Notes under the pieces: model-generated
The model's input: only the letters and a program-made list of their open reading frames with translations
The model's database searches: none
Told to the model about the DNA's origin: nothing
Translations under genes and position numbers: made by a program
Virus record (IMG/VR): IMGVR_UViG_3300036770_005682
Span: 32,001 to 96,000 of that record
Reading direction: 5' to 3' (one strand)
Length of the DNA: 64,000 bases
Source of the DNA: a virus
In this document: piece by piece, positions 47,470 to 57,969 of the stretch
Position numbering within the stretch: the stretch's first letter is position 1
Layout of the letters: the number at the start of each line of letters is the position of its first letter

Positions 47470-47796
47470 TTAACCACTCAATCTCTTATTGCACGACAAA
47501 CAGAATGTTGCCCACGGGTAATTCTTGCGGGATTCAACTGGGTGTTGACAGTCTCCAGCCTTAACGCATGCGTCATTGACTGCAAGACGTATGAACTCAG
47601 CCATGGACATCCCAGACTTCTCTGCTGACGATTTCCATATCTCGTGGTCAGCATCGGTTACCCGGACAATTACCTGCTTCTGGGCTGGTTCGCCAGGAGC
47701 TGAACCAGTATTCTTCTTGCGGGTTGGGGTTATCCCCTCAGCAACCTTGGCCATCGCGGCATCGAGGTTGTCAATCTGCTCGTCTTTACTGGTCAT
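47470..47796 (-). CDS. Ribbon-helix-helix-like DNA-binding protein with C-terminal Cys/His motif
   Basis: QVIVRVTDADHEIWKSSAEKSGMSMAEFIR; CQH...CLSC. Confidence 0.65.
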   Translation of the reverse strand: MTSKDEQIDNLDAAMAKVAEGITPTRKKNTGSAPGEPAQKQVIVRVTDADHEIWKSSAEKSGMSMAEFIRLAVNDACVKAGDCQHPVESRKNYPWATFCLSCNKRLSG

Positions 47797-48427
47797 CTTC
47801 CATGTCCTCCACAACCTCGGCGTCAACTATGTCTTCATCTGGAATAGTAATCGTCTCCAGCTGTCTACCCTTGTTAAGTATTGAATCAATGTAGTCAGCT
47901 GGCATGACACCTGACTTACCCATCAATTCAAGCAACTTGCGTGCTTCTGCCTCTGGGCTGAATTCGTCGATGGCAGCCTTGGGCGTAGCACCAGCCAAGA
48001 CAGCACGGGCTGGAATCCGTTGCCCGATATCCACATTCACGTTCACATTCTGTTGGTCCATGCCCAGGAGCTTTGCTCTTCTATCCATAATCGACAGCAC
48101 TGACGTAATGGCCTTCAGGTCGGGCTCAATCTGGACTTCACTGCCGTCCGGCTGAGTCATCTTGCGATGCTGTGTCATGGGCCAGATGGCCTGCTGGAGG
48201 GCATCAAGGCGCTCAAGCTCCATACGGAGGACTTCTGGGTATGCCAGCAACGCCTCTTGGTTAAGTTTCTCTAACTGCCTTGAAATAGCATTAGTGACAG
48301 CTTTTGTCGTGATGTTGAATCGCCGTGCAATCTCGTTATGCGGCACGCCAGCTTGGCGCATCTTGAATATTCTCAAGTCGCGCTCGGCAAGGAACTCGCG
48401 TGTCAAGCCATTGGATTTTTCCGCCAT
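47786..48427 (-). CDS. HTH DNA-binding protein (possible terminase small subunit)
   Basis: MRQAGVPHNEIARRF; ELERLD...IMDRRAKLLG. Confidence 0.65.
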   Translation of the reverse strand: MAEKSNGLTREFLAERDLRIFKMRQAGVPHNEIARRFNITTKAVTNAISRQLEKLNQEALLAYPEVLRMELERLDALQQAIWPMTQHRKMTQPDGSEVQIEPDLKAITSVLSIMDRRAKLLGMDQQNVNVNVDIGQRIPARAVLAGATPKAAIDEFSPEAEARKLLELMGKSGVMPADYIDSILNKGRQLETITIPDEDIVDAEVVEDMEDDQ

Positions 48428-48435
48428 ACTATTTC

Positions 48436-50229
48436 CTAAGAGTGTTTAGTAAATTCTAGTACGACGAATGGCCAATCTGTGCCACGGGCGAGCTGCTTGG
48501 GCCAGTCGCGCTGGTCACGGGCTCCACGGAAGTGCCCCACGTTGTACACGTATCCGCTGGGGTTTGTCGGGTCTGGGGTGAGTGCGAGACCAAACTCGGG
48601 CCAGCGAGACCATACAGAAGACCCAAACGGACGCAGGTCACGAGACGACATGGAGGTTCCCAGGGGGGCGTGGTGTTCAAGCCACAAAGCGCACCCATAC
48701 ACATCACGAATCATGTCAAGGTACTTTGCTACCTCAACGGCGAGAGCCTCGCTTGTACGGGTGCCATTGTCAACAAAGGACTTGTACATAGGGCCCATGC
48801 AGATGAGTTGAGGCTGGATTTGCTCAATGTATTGCTCAATGAGAATACGGTCGCGAGCACTCGTAAGGTCCAACCCATCTGGTTTCACGACCAAGTGCGC
48901 ATCTACATGCTTTGCACCAGAGTGACGTATCGCCTGTTGCATGATGCTGCGTGAGGTACGACGAATAATGCGCTCTGGGTTTTCCAGGTCAATTGTCAGC
49001 GTTCTGACGGGTGGGATTTTTTGGAAGGTAAATGGGTGTACCCCAGCCGCTGCACAGAGTGCGACTTGGCGGGCCAGCATTGTCTTGCCGACGCCCTCCG
49101 CAGCAACGACCATAACGCGCTCGCTGCGTTCCAAAATTCCAGGAATAACCCATTCATATGATTCATCATCTGCCTCCTCTAGGAACTCCTGCCACACGAC
49201 AAGGCGGCCAGGGTTGGGATTAATGTGTTGGGTGTCAGCGCTGTTCAGCAACAGCACCGAGCGATTTATTTTCTGCTGAAGAGTGAGCTTGTCTTTGTCA
49301 AATACATCAATGATTTGAGCCAGCAATGAATCCTCTGGCTTGTCTGTCTCTTCGATTTGCTCTAACTCCGGCAGCGACGATGCGCGCTCATAAAACTCGA
49401 GCTCTACTAAATCCTCAATGTTCTTGCCAGCCGTTATGTGGTCAGTAATGTCCTTACCTACGGGTGACATCCATATGTTGCACCCACGGGCTCCCGCTGC
49501 CTTCAATAGTGCTGCCACAGCAAGAGCGTGCTGCTTTCCTACTTCATCATTGTCGGCCACTATCTCCACATGGGCTCGTGACAAGATTTCCGTATAGGAC
49601 TGGTCCCACTTGCCAGCACCGCTGTCCATAGTCGTTGCACAGATACCCAGACCAACGAGGGTTTCTACGTCTTTCTCACCCTCAACGAGCCATACGGGCT
49701 CCCCTGCTTCAATAGCCTTGATAACGCTGGGCAAACGATAGAGAACACGACGAACCGGCGGGTCCTTGAGATTCCAAATGAATTCACCAGGGCGATTTGG
49801 GTCTGGCTGTCGGTTAGCGAACGACTTACCGCCATCATCCAGGCGGAAGCGAACCTTCTCATAAAGCAGAACTCCATCTTCGTCATAGTAGGGATATGTG
49901 GTCTCTACTTTCTTTCCGACGTTGCGCTTAGCAGATGGGCTACGAGTATCTGTTTCAAACTTTGGTGCAGGCACCCACTCGTCATCGTCATCAGCGAATA
50001 GTTCACGCGGCTCCATCCCTATCGACTTACATATCTCATCGAGCGAACATGAATTTCCACGATGACAGTGCAGCAGCGCAGTGCCCTCTTCGTTCTGCGA
50101 GATTGCTAGCGATGGATTTGAGTCATCATTACGACAAGGACAGCGTGCCATCCACTGATTGCGTCCTGTTTGTCGCACGCCATCAAGGAGGCCAAGGACT
50201 GTGTCTACTGGTTTAGAGATGTTGTTCAT
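48436..50229 (-). CDS. Primase-helicase (Zn finger + TOPRIM + RepA/RecA-type ATPase)
   Basis: ARCPC...LHCHRG; VEGEKD; ADNDEVG; AAEGVGKT. Confidence 0.9.
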   Translation of the reverse strand: MNNISKPVDTVLGLLDGVRQTGRNQWMARCPCRNDDSNPSLAISQNEEGTALLHCHRGNSCSLDEICKSIGMEPRELFADDDDEWVPAPKFETDTRSPSAKRNVGKKVETTYPYYDEDGVLLYEKVRFRLDDGGKSFANRQPDPNRPGEFIWNLKDPPVRRVLYRLPSVIKAIEAGEPVWLVEGEKDVETLVGLGICATTMDSGAGKWDQSYTEILSRAHVEIVADNDEVGKQHALAVAALLKAAGARGCNIWMSPVGKDITDHITAGKNIEDLVELEFYERASSLPELEQIEETDKPEDSLLAQIIDVFDKDKLTLQQKINRSVLLLNSADTQHINPNPGRLVVWQEFLEEADDESYEWVIPGILERSERVMVVAAEGVGKTMLARQVALCAAAGVHPFTFQKIPPVRTLTIDLENPERIIRRTSRSIMQQAIRHSGAKHVDAHLVVKPDGLDLTSARDRILIEQYIEQIQPQLICMGPMYKSFVDNGTRTSEALAVEVAKYLDMIRDVYGCALWLEHHAPLGTSMSSRDLRPFGSSVWSRWPEFGLALTPDPTNPSGYVYNVGHFRGARDQRDWPKQLARGTDWPFVVLEFTKHS

Positions 50230-50543
50230 AGGTTTTCAGTAATAGGAATCTTTGTAAATAGTTTGAGCGTGCCGTCTTTCTTGCGTTGACGGATTACCTT
50301 CTCTCGTTCTTCTAGGCTAAGCCCTCCCCAGATGCCGTGCATTTCCTGTGCTGATATTGCGTATTCAAGACATTCTGACTTGACATGGCACTCACGACAT
50401 ATTTCCTTAGCAACTAGAAAGTCTCGTGCTCGTTCCCCTTTTGCATGCCTCTCTGGAAACCACCAGTCAGTTGGATAACCGATGCATGCACCATCCTGAG
50501 GTGGATGCACTTCGTATGGTAGTACCCAGCGTATTGCTGACAT
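50226..50543 (-). CDS. whiB: Second WhiB-family transcription factor
   Basis: GAC...WWFP...ICRECHVKSECLEYA...GIWGG. Confidence 0.92.
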   Translation of the reverse strand: MSAIRWVLPYEVHPPQDGACIGYPTDWWFPERHAKGERARDFLVAKEICRECHVKSECLEYAISAQEMHGIWGGLSLEEREKVIRQRKKDGTLKLFTKIPITENL

Positions 50544-50601
50544 TTAGCCTCCCTGCGTGACAGCAAGTGAGACTAGTTCGTCAAGAACAAAAACGCAACG
50601 G

Positions 50602-51069
50602 CTAATCGAACAAATCTGCTACGCGGCGAATTGCAGAGGCGACACGCTCGCGAGCTGTGCGCCGAATGCCTAAGTGGTTTTCGACAAACTCTTGCGCATG
50701 ACGATTTGACACTGAAGTTATCTCGTACACCATGTTGCGATATGAATCGGAATTAATGAAATGCTCCCACAAGAATGGGTCAAAGCCATCAAACATGTGG
50801 AACGTCATTGACTCAAGACCAGCTTTGTCAGCAATTATCTCAAGACGCCAATCAGTGTTCTTTTCGATAGCTATGAGCAATTCCGTCATAGCTGTTGCAC
50901 CATCATTATTGAATGCTGCCTTGACAAAAGCATTTATTTGACGCTGCCGGTGCAATGTCCATGCATCGTCAATCTCTTCTAGCTCCTCATCCGTCATGGA
51001 TTCGGTGCTCACCTCGATGTCGTCGTCGTCTTCCCAGTCGAACATGTCATCGGCGAAAAAATCTCCCAT
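50602..51069 (-). CDS. Acidic hypothetical protein
   Basis: 155-aa ORF in the replication cluster. Confidence 0.65.
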   Translation of the reverse strand: MGDFFADDMFDWEDDDDIEVSTESMTDEELEEIDDAWTLHRQRQINAFVKAAFNNDGATAMTELLIAIEKNTDWRLEIIADKAGLESMTFHMFDGFDPFLWEHFINSDSYRNMVYEITSVSNRHAQEFVENHLGIRRTARERVASAIRRVADLFD

Positions 51070-51073
51070 GTGT

Positions 51074-52102
51074 CTAGTTTAGCACCAACGAATGAGTTAG
51101 CAATTTTTTCTGAGTGACACTTGATGTATCGTCCATTGACGCCATCGCATTGCTGTACTTGTCATCTGTTCTTGAGTGGTCTAAGAACTCACCTATTGCG
51201 TTATACAAAGCCCACCCATTAAAGCCATATCCGCCTGCATTGCGGTCATTCATATAAATGTCGAGCACGTGCTCAATCAGTGATTCCCTATTTTGCTTCT
51301 GTCTTTCTGTCTCATTGCGCTGAGCGGGGAACACGCCATTGATTACATCGCTGAGTTTTTTGCTTCGCAGAGGGGTGTTTATGGAAAGCATGCGCTCGGC
51401 TTCCTTCTTGAAAGAATCGCTCCATGCAGTAGAAAGGCGCAGCACTGTCTTGGCGTCATCTATTACTGTGTCGACATTTCTTGTGTGGCGAGCAGTGAAG
51501 ACGCGCTCAGCGTTGCGAAGGCCGAGGACAACGGTGTTATTGCAGACAGCACGAATGTCGGTGTTGGCGTAACGAATTGGCCACACACCATCATGCCCTG
51601 TTGACACGACCAGGTAACGAGCAATCTTGTCATTGACTCCGGCTGGGTCAACGAATGTTGCACCCATCTCAATAGTGGCGAAGAAACGAGCTCCACCTCG
51701 GAGACATCCGACAGTATCCATGACAGCATCGCCGGATGAAGCACCAACAACTGCTAGCGCCCTCTCTAGTACTTCCCTGTTCTGCCTGACGACATAACGG
51801 GTGCCCACTGTCGCGATTGGGTCAATACTGCCGTCAGTATTTTGACGAACAGTTGCCCTGCTGTCATTGATAATCACTACAGAGCCGTCTGAATTGCGTA
51901 TTAGTTCGCCATTGTCGTCCACTGCGGCTACGCGTGTCAGGAGTACGTCATAATCAGCATCGGCTGCTTCTAGCATCGCATCAACCGTCTGGAGACCAGC
52001 CATGGGTGTTCCAAGCCTGTGCCAGGGGATTACCCTGTCACCCCCTGTGGCATAAGCCATGCGAGCTTCGCCGTTTGCCCTGAAATCTAGTTCGTGACTC
52101 AT
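51074..52102 (-). CDS. DUF932 phage/plasmid protein
   Basis: PWHRLG...GHDG...RAVCNNT...RHT...WALYNAIGEFLDH. Confidence 0.85.
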   Translation of the reverse strand: MSHELDFRANGEARMAYATGGDRVIPWHRLGTPMAGLQTVDAMLEAADADYDVLLTRVAAVDDNGELIRNSDGSVVIINDSRATVRQNTDGSIDPIATVGTRYVVRQNREVLERALAVVGASSGDAVMDTVGCLRGGARFFATIEMGATFVDPAGVNDKIARYLVVSTGHDGVWPIRYANTDIRAVCNNTVVLGLRNAERVFTARHTRNVDTVIDDAKTVLRLSTAWSDSFKKEAERMLSINTPLRSKKLSDVINGVFPAQRNETERQKQNRESLIEHVLDIYMNDRNAGGYGFNGWALYNAIGEFLDHSRTDDKYSNAMASMDDTSSVTQKKLLTHSLVLN

Positions 52103-52247
52103 ATAAATTCACCTGGAAGTACAATAGCAGCAAGGCTTTGCGGGGGGCAGAACATTTTCTGTGCTAAGGGGTTGCAAATCCCTTGAACTCATGTCTATCA
52201 TGACTCCATCCCCAACGTAGGGTTGGGGCCTTACCCGAAGGAAACCT

Positions 52248-53285
52248 ATGATTATCAAGGGAACCGACGCGGCGAAGACACCCGCGACTGGCACGGCAGA
52301 CACCGTGAGCATCATCAACACTGGAATCCAGACTCTTGGTTCATACAACCATGGTCGTGGGCTGACTATGAACGACATTGTCGTGACGTCTCTTACCCAG
52401 CCTGGCCACGTGATGAAGGCAACAATCACCCCAGAGCTTGCTCAGGCAATGCTTGAAACAATCAATGGCGAAAATCGCCCGCTGTCCCATGCCCGCGTCA
52501 AGCAGTATGCAGACGTCTTGACCCGCGGCCAGTACGTGTTCAACGGGGAATCAATCCAGGTTGGAGTCAAGGATGACAACACACTCGTCCTGCTCAATGG
52601 TCAACACCGCCTCAGTGCATGCGTGACATCCGGTGTGTCGTTCGACACAGTGCTTGTTCTCGGCCTCCCTCAGACAGTGTTCTCCACAATCGACCGTGGC
52701 AAGACCCGCAGTCATGCCGATGTGCTGTCCGTTGCTGGATACAAGAACACTCACAACATCCAGCCTGCAGCACGTATTCTCGTGTCGATGGAGGCAGGAT
52801 TCAGCCCGACAGTGCGTTCAACCCTGAACCTCGTCACCGCTGAGGACATCCTGCAGTACGTCAAGAACAACGAGGAGTTGCTCCAGGAGGCGCATGCGAT
52901 TGCCTGCCGCATCAACTCTGTCGTTGGAGGCATCAGCAGCGCATGGATTATCGCCTACGTCCGCTTGATGCAGGAGCGCCAGGCTGCTGGACACTCTGGC
53001 ATCGAGGTCGCTCAGTTCTGCCACATCGTGGAGACGGGAATCGGCCTCTCGTTTGGGAACCCTGCTCTCGCACTGCGTCAGTGGTTTGGGCGTGGCGGCT
53101 CCAAGCGCAAGGGCGCATCTGGCAAGAACGTACTGGAAGCAGCAACAATCATCACGACTTTCAACAAGTGGGTCAATGGTGAGGCTCTCCAGGTCTGTCG
53201 TCCTTGGTCTGCAGACTCAACTGACTTCCCGTCAGTCACGACGGCACCACTCAGCGCAACTGCCATTTGGCACATTGGTCGCTAA
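52248..53285 (+). CDS. ParB-like (DGQHR-type) domain protein; start may be later (~52368)
   Basis: ITPELAQAML...NRPLS...NGESI...LNGQHRL...IDRGKTRS. Confidence 0.75.
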   Translation: MIIKGTDAAKTPATGTADTVSIINTGIQTLGSYNHGRGLTMNDIVVTSLTQPGHVMKATITPELAQAMLETINGENRPLSHARVKQYADVLTRGQYVFNGESIQVGVKDDNTLVLLNGQHRLSACVTSGVSFDTVLVLGLPQTVFSTIDRGKTRSHADVLSVAGYKNTHNIQPAARILVSMEAGFSPTVRSTLNLVTAEDILQYVKNNEELLQEAHAIACRINSVVGGISSAWIIAYVRLMQERQAAGHSGIEVAQFCHIVETGIGLSFGNPALALRQWFGRGGSKRKGASGKNVLEAATIITTFNKWVNGEALQVCRPWSADSTDFPSVTTAPLSATAIWHIGR

Positions 53286-53384
53286 TGATTAAGGCGCTCT
53301 GAGAAGCGCTATCATCGTTTGGAACGTTCGTCAGCGTCGCACAAGTTCGAACGCGGCGCTGGCGAACTCCATACGGGAGGAAAT

Positions 53385-53621
53385 ATGCCAGTTGAATATG
53401 GACACGGAGTGAAGCAACACCTCTCGGATACCGAAGGTGCCATCACCCAATACACAAAATGGTTTGAAATGCATGGGTATGACTACAGCCTCATGTATCA
53501 GAACAAGTCTTTCTACGTTTTGGCCTACAAGCGTGGAACAAGCGAAACAATCCGCTGCGAAGCCGCTGACACCGTGCAAGCAGCACTACATAACGCTTAT
53601 TGCAAAATTAAATACAAGTGA
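53385..53621 (+). CDS. Hypothetical protein
   Basis: GGGAGG RBS before ATG 53385. Confidence 0.6.
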   Translation: MPVEYGHGVKQHLSDTEGAITQYTKWFEMHGYDYSLMYQNKSFYVLAYKRGTSETIRCEAADTVQAALHNAYCKIKYK

Positions 53622-53627
53622 GGGGTA

Positions 53628-54047
53628 ATGCAAACCTTTGTACCTTATGACACGTTCGCTCTGTCTGCGGCATGTCTTGATTATCGTCGCCTTGGGAAAC
53701 AGCGGGTAGAGACCTACCAACTTCTCCGCGCAAACCTTGGTATTGCTGGCGGGTGGAAGAACCATCCTGCTGCAGTGATGTGGCGCGACAACCCCAACGG
53801 CCTCATTGCATATGGCGTCGCAATGTGTGATGAATGGGTCAAGCGTGGCTACAAAGACACAACAAAAGAGAAAATTCTTGCGCTTGGAGAATCAAACGCA
53901 TTAGACCTTCCTTGGTGGTGGGGAGATGAGGCCGTGCACTCTTCGCATCGTTCTAACCTGCTCCGCAAGGACGCCGTATGGTATTCCCAGTGGGAATGGG
54001 AAGACGACCCAAATGCACCATATGTCTGGCCCGCGCTTGTAGCATGA
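53628..54047 (+). CDS. MSMEG_6728 / pyrimidine-dimer glycosylase-like protein
   Basis: MQTFVPY...LDYRRLGKQRVE...HPAAVMW...SHRSNLLRKD. Confidence 0.85.
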   Translation: MQTFVPYDTFALSAACLDYRRLGKQRVETYQLLRANLGIAGGWKNHPAAVMWRDNPNGLIAYGVAMCDEWVKRGYKDTTKEKILALGESNALDLPWWWGDEAVHSSHRSNLLRKDAVWYSQWEWEDDPNAPYVWPALVA

Positions 54048-54051
54048 TTGC

Positions 54052-54246
54052 ATGAACCGCCGAACCTTCCTCCGCAGTGCTGGCTCCATTGCAGCAATCT
54101 CCCCGGTTGTGCTGATGTCGAAGCTCGCTGATATTGGACGACAAAAACGTGAACCAATGCAGCCGATGAAAACAGGTCAAGTGCTAACTGCCTCGTACCT
54201 CAACGAAATCACAGACCGAATAAATGAATTAGAGCAGCGCCTGTGA
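54052..54246 (+). CDS. Small protein with twin-arginine-like N-terminus
   Basis: MNRRTFL. Confidence 0.5.
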   Translation: MNRRTFLRSAGSIAAISPVVLMSKLADIGRQKREPMQPMKTGQVLTASYLNEITDRINELEQRL

Positions 54247-55394
54247 CACGACAACGCCTATTTCTTGATATGACATGTGTCGATGCCGCGCGTGAGCGCA
54301 TGCGTCACGTATACGACACATTTGACACTGTGTGTGTACAGTTCTCAGGCGGGAAGGACAGTACTGCTGTTCTATATCTAGCTAAAGAGATTCACGAAGA
54401 ACGAGGCCTAGGACCAGTTAAAGTCATCTTCCGTGACGAAGAAATGGTCTCACCTGCAGTAATCAGGTTCATTGAAGAAGTCCGTGATTACGACTGGGTG
54501 GATATGGAGTGGTACTGCCTACCCACCGGACAAGAGGTATGGGTGCTTGGTCGGCGCGAATACTGTCTGCTGTGGTCCCCATACAGGGCTTCGCAGGGGC
54601 GATTGGTCAGAGAGATGCCGCCATACGCTATTCGTGCAGAGCACTTCGGGTTGAACCCCTCAGAAGTGCTGCCGCAGTCAATCGATTACTACACAATGCA
54701 GGGTAAAAAGGGGCGTGTTGCGTTCCTCACAGGGGTGCGGGCTAATGAATCAATGATTCGCTACCGCTCCTGTGTGCAAAAGCTGCATGAAAACTACATC
54801 GTCACCCCTTACCGCATGAAGAAAAATATCCCCCTGCGGTTTGCTAAAGTTATATATGACTGGACAACAGACGACGTGCTCAAATTCATTACTGAAGAGC
54901 ACGGTGCGACGTACTGTGAGTATTATGACCGCGCTGCGATTACAGGGTCTAATACAAGGGTTGGTATACCTCTCCATGCTGTGGCAATTCGAAGACTCAA
55001 TGATGTCTGCAATACGGAGCCAGAGTTCTATGACCGACTCTACGAATGCTTCCCCCACATCGACGCCCAAAGGCGACTCTGGGCAGACTACGACCTAGAC
55101 GCCCGCATCATGTCATACGCAATAGACGGTTGGAATGGTGTTCGCCGTTGCGTGGAGGAGAACATCGTCACTCCTGGATTGAAGAACCGAGCTATGGCGT
55201 TTTGTTCCGAGTTTCGCAAAAAGCACAACAAAGACCCACGCTCTTACCCTCTGCATTGGTTGGTGCGAAATCTTCTGATTAATGAATTCAGCGTCACTTC
55301 GGTAACACCAATTGGACCAGGCACACGTGCCTACACGATTCAATCACAAATCGATGAGTCGCTAGACAGGTTTGATGAGATTATTGATGGCTGA
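54243..55394 (+). CDS. PAPS-reductase-family (PP-loop) protein, IbrA-like
   Basis: FSGGKDS; FRDEE; TGVRANES; IYDWTTDDV. Confidence 0.85.
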   Translation: MTRQRLFLDMTCVDAARERMRHVYDTFDTVCVQFSGGKDSTAVLYLAKEIHEERGLGPVKVIFRDEEMVSPAVIRFIEEVRDYDWVDMEWYCLPTGQEVWVLGRREYCLLWSPYRASQGRLVREMPPYAIRAEHFGLNPSEVLPQSIDYYTMQGKKGRVAFLTGVRANESMIRYRSCVQKLHENYIVTPYRMKKNIPLRFAKVIYDWTTDDVLKFITEEHGATYCEYYDRAAITGSNTRVGIPLHAVAIRRLNDVCNTEPEFYDRLYECFPHIDAQRRLWADYDLDARIMSYAIDGWNGVRRCVEENIVTPGLKNRAMAFCSEFRKKHNKDPRSYPLHWLVRNLLINEFSVTSVTPIGPGTRAYTIQSQIDESLDRFDEIIDG

Positions 55395-55808
55395 GGGCCC
55401 CAAAAACACCATCGCCTGAGACACGACCATCTCTCCTGTCTCTGTCTCCGCAACGATTAGCTCGACATCGGATACCGTCACGCCCAGTGCGGCTGCAAGC
55501 GAAGCCCGCATGCGACCCACTTCCTGCTCCTTGGTTGCTATTTCTGTAGCGAATACATCATGGATGTCGGCAGTGTCTACAAACACGGGTGAAGCGCTGG
55601 CTAGTGTCGCGAGTGTGTCTTCTGCCATCTTTGCTTTGACACAGCCTGTGCAGGCAATGTATTTAGTGCCTGAAACCCGCTTCCTGGTCTCGGTGTGGCC
55701 ACACTCCAGCCTGTGCAGGTACTCAACATGCCCCCAGTGGCCAGTTTTGATTATTTCAAGTACCGCCCTTTGTGGGGCACTCTTCTTGTTAATCTTCATC
55801 ATCTTCAA
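55362..55808 (-). CDS. Hypothetical Zn-finger-like protein
   Basis: LECGH...CTGC. Confidence 0.6.
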   Translation of the reverse strand: MKMMKINKKSAPQRAVLEIIKTGHWGHVEYLHRLECGHTETRKRVSGTKYIACTGCVKAKMAEDTLATLASASPVFVDTADIHDVFATEIATKEQEVGRMRASLAAALGVTVSDVELIVAETETGEMVVSQAMVFLGPSAINNLIKPV

Positions 55809-55951
55809 ACATATCAGCGATGAGCTTGGTGAATTCGTGGAATTCTGGGGTTAGCTTGAACAACGGTTCACCGTCGAAGCCTTCACCGATGAATTCAACC
55901 AGCCCGTTCTCGAGCATGAAAAATAACTGCCACTCGAGTTCCCACTCGTCG

Positions 55952-57934
55952 TCAGTCATCCACTCCATTTAATTTGCTCCGGCGTAAGCCTTCTGCAAAG
56001 TAGTCAAGAACAAGCTGCTGGTTTCCATCACTAAATTCTACATCGCTATTCGTATGAATAGCTTCTAGGTCGTTACCTTCTGTGGCTTGATTGACAACAT
56101 CGCGCTTCGACTCGATGAGACCATAAATCTTTTCATCGATTGTCCCTTCAGCGAGAATGTACGTAGCCATGACGGAGCCCTTCTGTCCAATGCGATGGCA
56201 ACGACTATAAGTTTGGTCGACATCGGCGGGCGTCCATGGAAGCTCAACAAACACGACATCCTGTGCTGCAGTTAGTGTGTGACCCGTCTTTGCTGCCTGG
56301 ATGGAGAGAACCATCACGGGAGCGTCGTCTATCGGCATCGTCTGGAAAAGGCGCTTGTTCTCTTCGACGTCCTCTACCCTCATGCCGCCTTGAATCTTTA
56401 GGCCCCCGTACTTCTTTGCAATGAGGTCAACTATTTCTCGGTGGTGAGCCGCAACAACAACCTTGTCTCCGGCTGTCAGTTTTCCGTCAATCCACTCATT
56501 CACCGCATCCATCTTTGCCTTGGCAGCAAGACGGCGAAGCACGGATATTCGGACTAGGTGTTCATTGGATTCAGCTTTGATGCGGGCCTGCACGGCTGCA
56601 GAGTATGGAGACTTGCCGAGTTCCTTGGCTAGCTCTTTGGCGCGATTTGCCATGTACTCGATGATGTCGTCTTCAGCCTTGGTGTATTCAGCCATGGCTG
56701 TGGGGTTGGGTGCAACAACTATCTTCGAATGCCGTACGGGTGGCAGCTCTTCGAGTACATCTGCTTTGATGCGGCGGATATAACACTGGCTGCGCAGCAT
56801 GTCATTCAGTTCGTCAAGATGTGATGCACCGTCGATATGCCACTGCCCGAACCTGTCGCGGAATGCTCCGCAGTACCGCCGGTAGAACCCCCACAGGCCG
56901 CCAAACTTGTTTAGGTTCCCCAGGATGTCCAGCTGGCTGGCATACTCGGCTGGCCGGTTGGTTATTGGTGTACCAGTGAGACACAGAACAATTCCCTCTT
57001 TGGGGGCGGAACGAGCCATCTTGACGGCAGCCTTGGTCCGCTTTGCCGTAGGCGTCTTTGCGTAGTGCGACTCATCGTAAACATACGACCGATGACCCTT
57101 TAATTCATTCTGCCAGTGGTCAATGTTGCTATACCCAACAACAAGGACATCATAAGTCCCAGCTTCAGGGAAGTCTTTGCGGTTAGTGACCGTTGCGACA
57201 CGTCGTAGTGGCAGCCACTTTTCGTATTCCTTTGCCCAGTTGAGAACGAGGGTTGGAGGACAAACGACTACAGCCGGGTAGGAGTCATGGACGTACTCGA
57301 GAGTTGCTATGGCTTGCATTGTTTTGCCTAGGCCCATGTCATCGGCAATGAAGCAGCGGCGCGCATTGGCCGCATATTTGACCCCGGCACGCTGGTAGGG
57401 GAGAAGTTCGCCCTGGAGATTCGGTATCCGTATCTCCGCATCTCGTGCCCTGGATGCTGCGATGGTCTCGTTCTTGCTCTTCTCCATAGCGGAGGCAATA
57501 ACCCTGACCCGCTCGGCTATCGGTTCATCGAACTTGTCGGCCCAGGCTATGGCGTCATGAATAACCGCCAGTGGGACTCGCCATGCCTTTGTTGGTGGGT
57601 GCCATGTAACGGATGGCAACGACTTGACAGAACGCACTTTTACTGGGTCATACAAAAAACTGAGATACACCCAGTCTTCGTCAACGTAGACACCGGCGGC
57701 TTTGTTGGTCGACTCTGGCAGATTGAACTTGAGTACCTCATTGTCAACTTTGAACCGGTTACGCTCGGCAAACTCACGGGCTTCGTGCAGGCTAGTCATG
57801 GGTATGCGCCACACCCTGGCTACCTTGTCCCACTTTGACCCCGGTATCGCCTTGACTTGAGATACTTGCTCAGCGTTGTATGGGAAAGATGCGGCAAGGT
57901 GGTCATCCCAAATAAATAGCGTACTATCATCCAT
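55952..57934 (-). CDS. SNF2-family helicase with two N-terminal HARP-like repeats (SMARCAL1-like)
   Basis: LLPYQ, DDMGLGKT, DESH, LTGTP, RCHRIGQ; repeats KWDKVARVWRIP / TWHPPTKAWRVP. Confidence 0.9.
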   Translation of the reverse strand: MDDSTLFIWDDHLAASFPYNAEQVSQVKAIPGSKWDKVARVWRIPMTSLHEAREFAERNRFKVDNEVLKFNLPESTNKAAGVYVDEDWVYLSFLYDPVKVRSVKSLPSVTWHPPTKAWRVPLAVIHDAIAWADKFDEPIAERVRVIASAMEKSKNETIAASRARDAEIRIPNLQGELLPYQRAGVKYAANARRCFIADDMGLGKTMQAIATLEYVHDSYPAVVVCPPTLVLNWAKEYEKWLPLRRVATVTNRKDFPEAGTYDVLVVGYSNIDHWQNELKGHRSYVYDESHYAKTPTAKRTKAAVKMARSAPKEGIVLCLTGTPITNRPAEYASQLDILGNLNKFGGLWGFYRRYCGAFRDRFGQWHIDGASHLDELNDMLRSQCYIRRIKADVLEELPPVRHSKIVVAPNPTAMAEYTKAEDDIIEYMANRAKELAKELGKSPYSAAVQARIKAESNEHLVRISVLRRLAAKAKMDAVNEWIDGKLTAGDKVVVAAHHREIVDLIAKKYGGLKIQGGMRVEDVEENKRLFQTMPIDDAPVMVLSIQAAKTGHTLTAAQDVVFVELPWTPADVDQTYSRCHRIGQKGSVMATYILAEGTIDEKIYGLIESKRDVVNQATEGNDLEAIHTNSDVEFSDGNQQLVLDYFAEGLRRSKLNGVDD

Positions 57935-57969
57935 GAACAGAAGTCTAATGCGTTAAGGATTGGAAGACA

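Noticed and set aside
44537-50229. Inteins or introns in nrdJ or the primase-helicase
   Set aside because: Lengths look normal, and no intein splice or homing-endonuclease motifs were seen.
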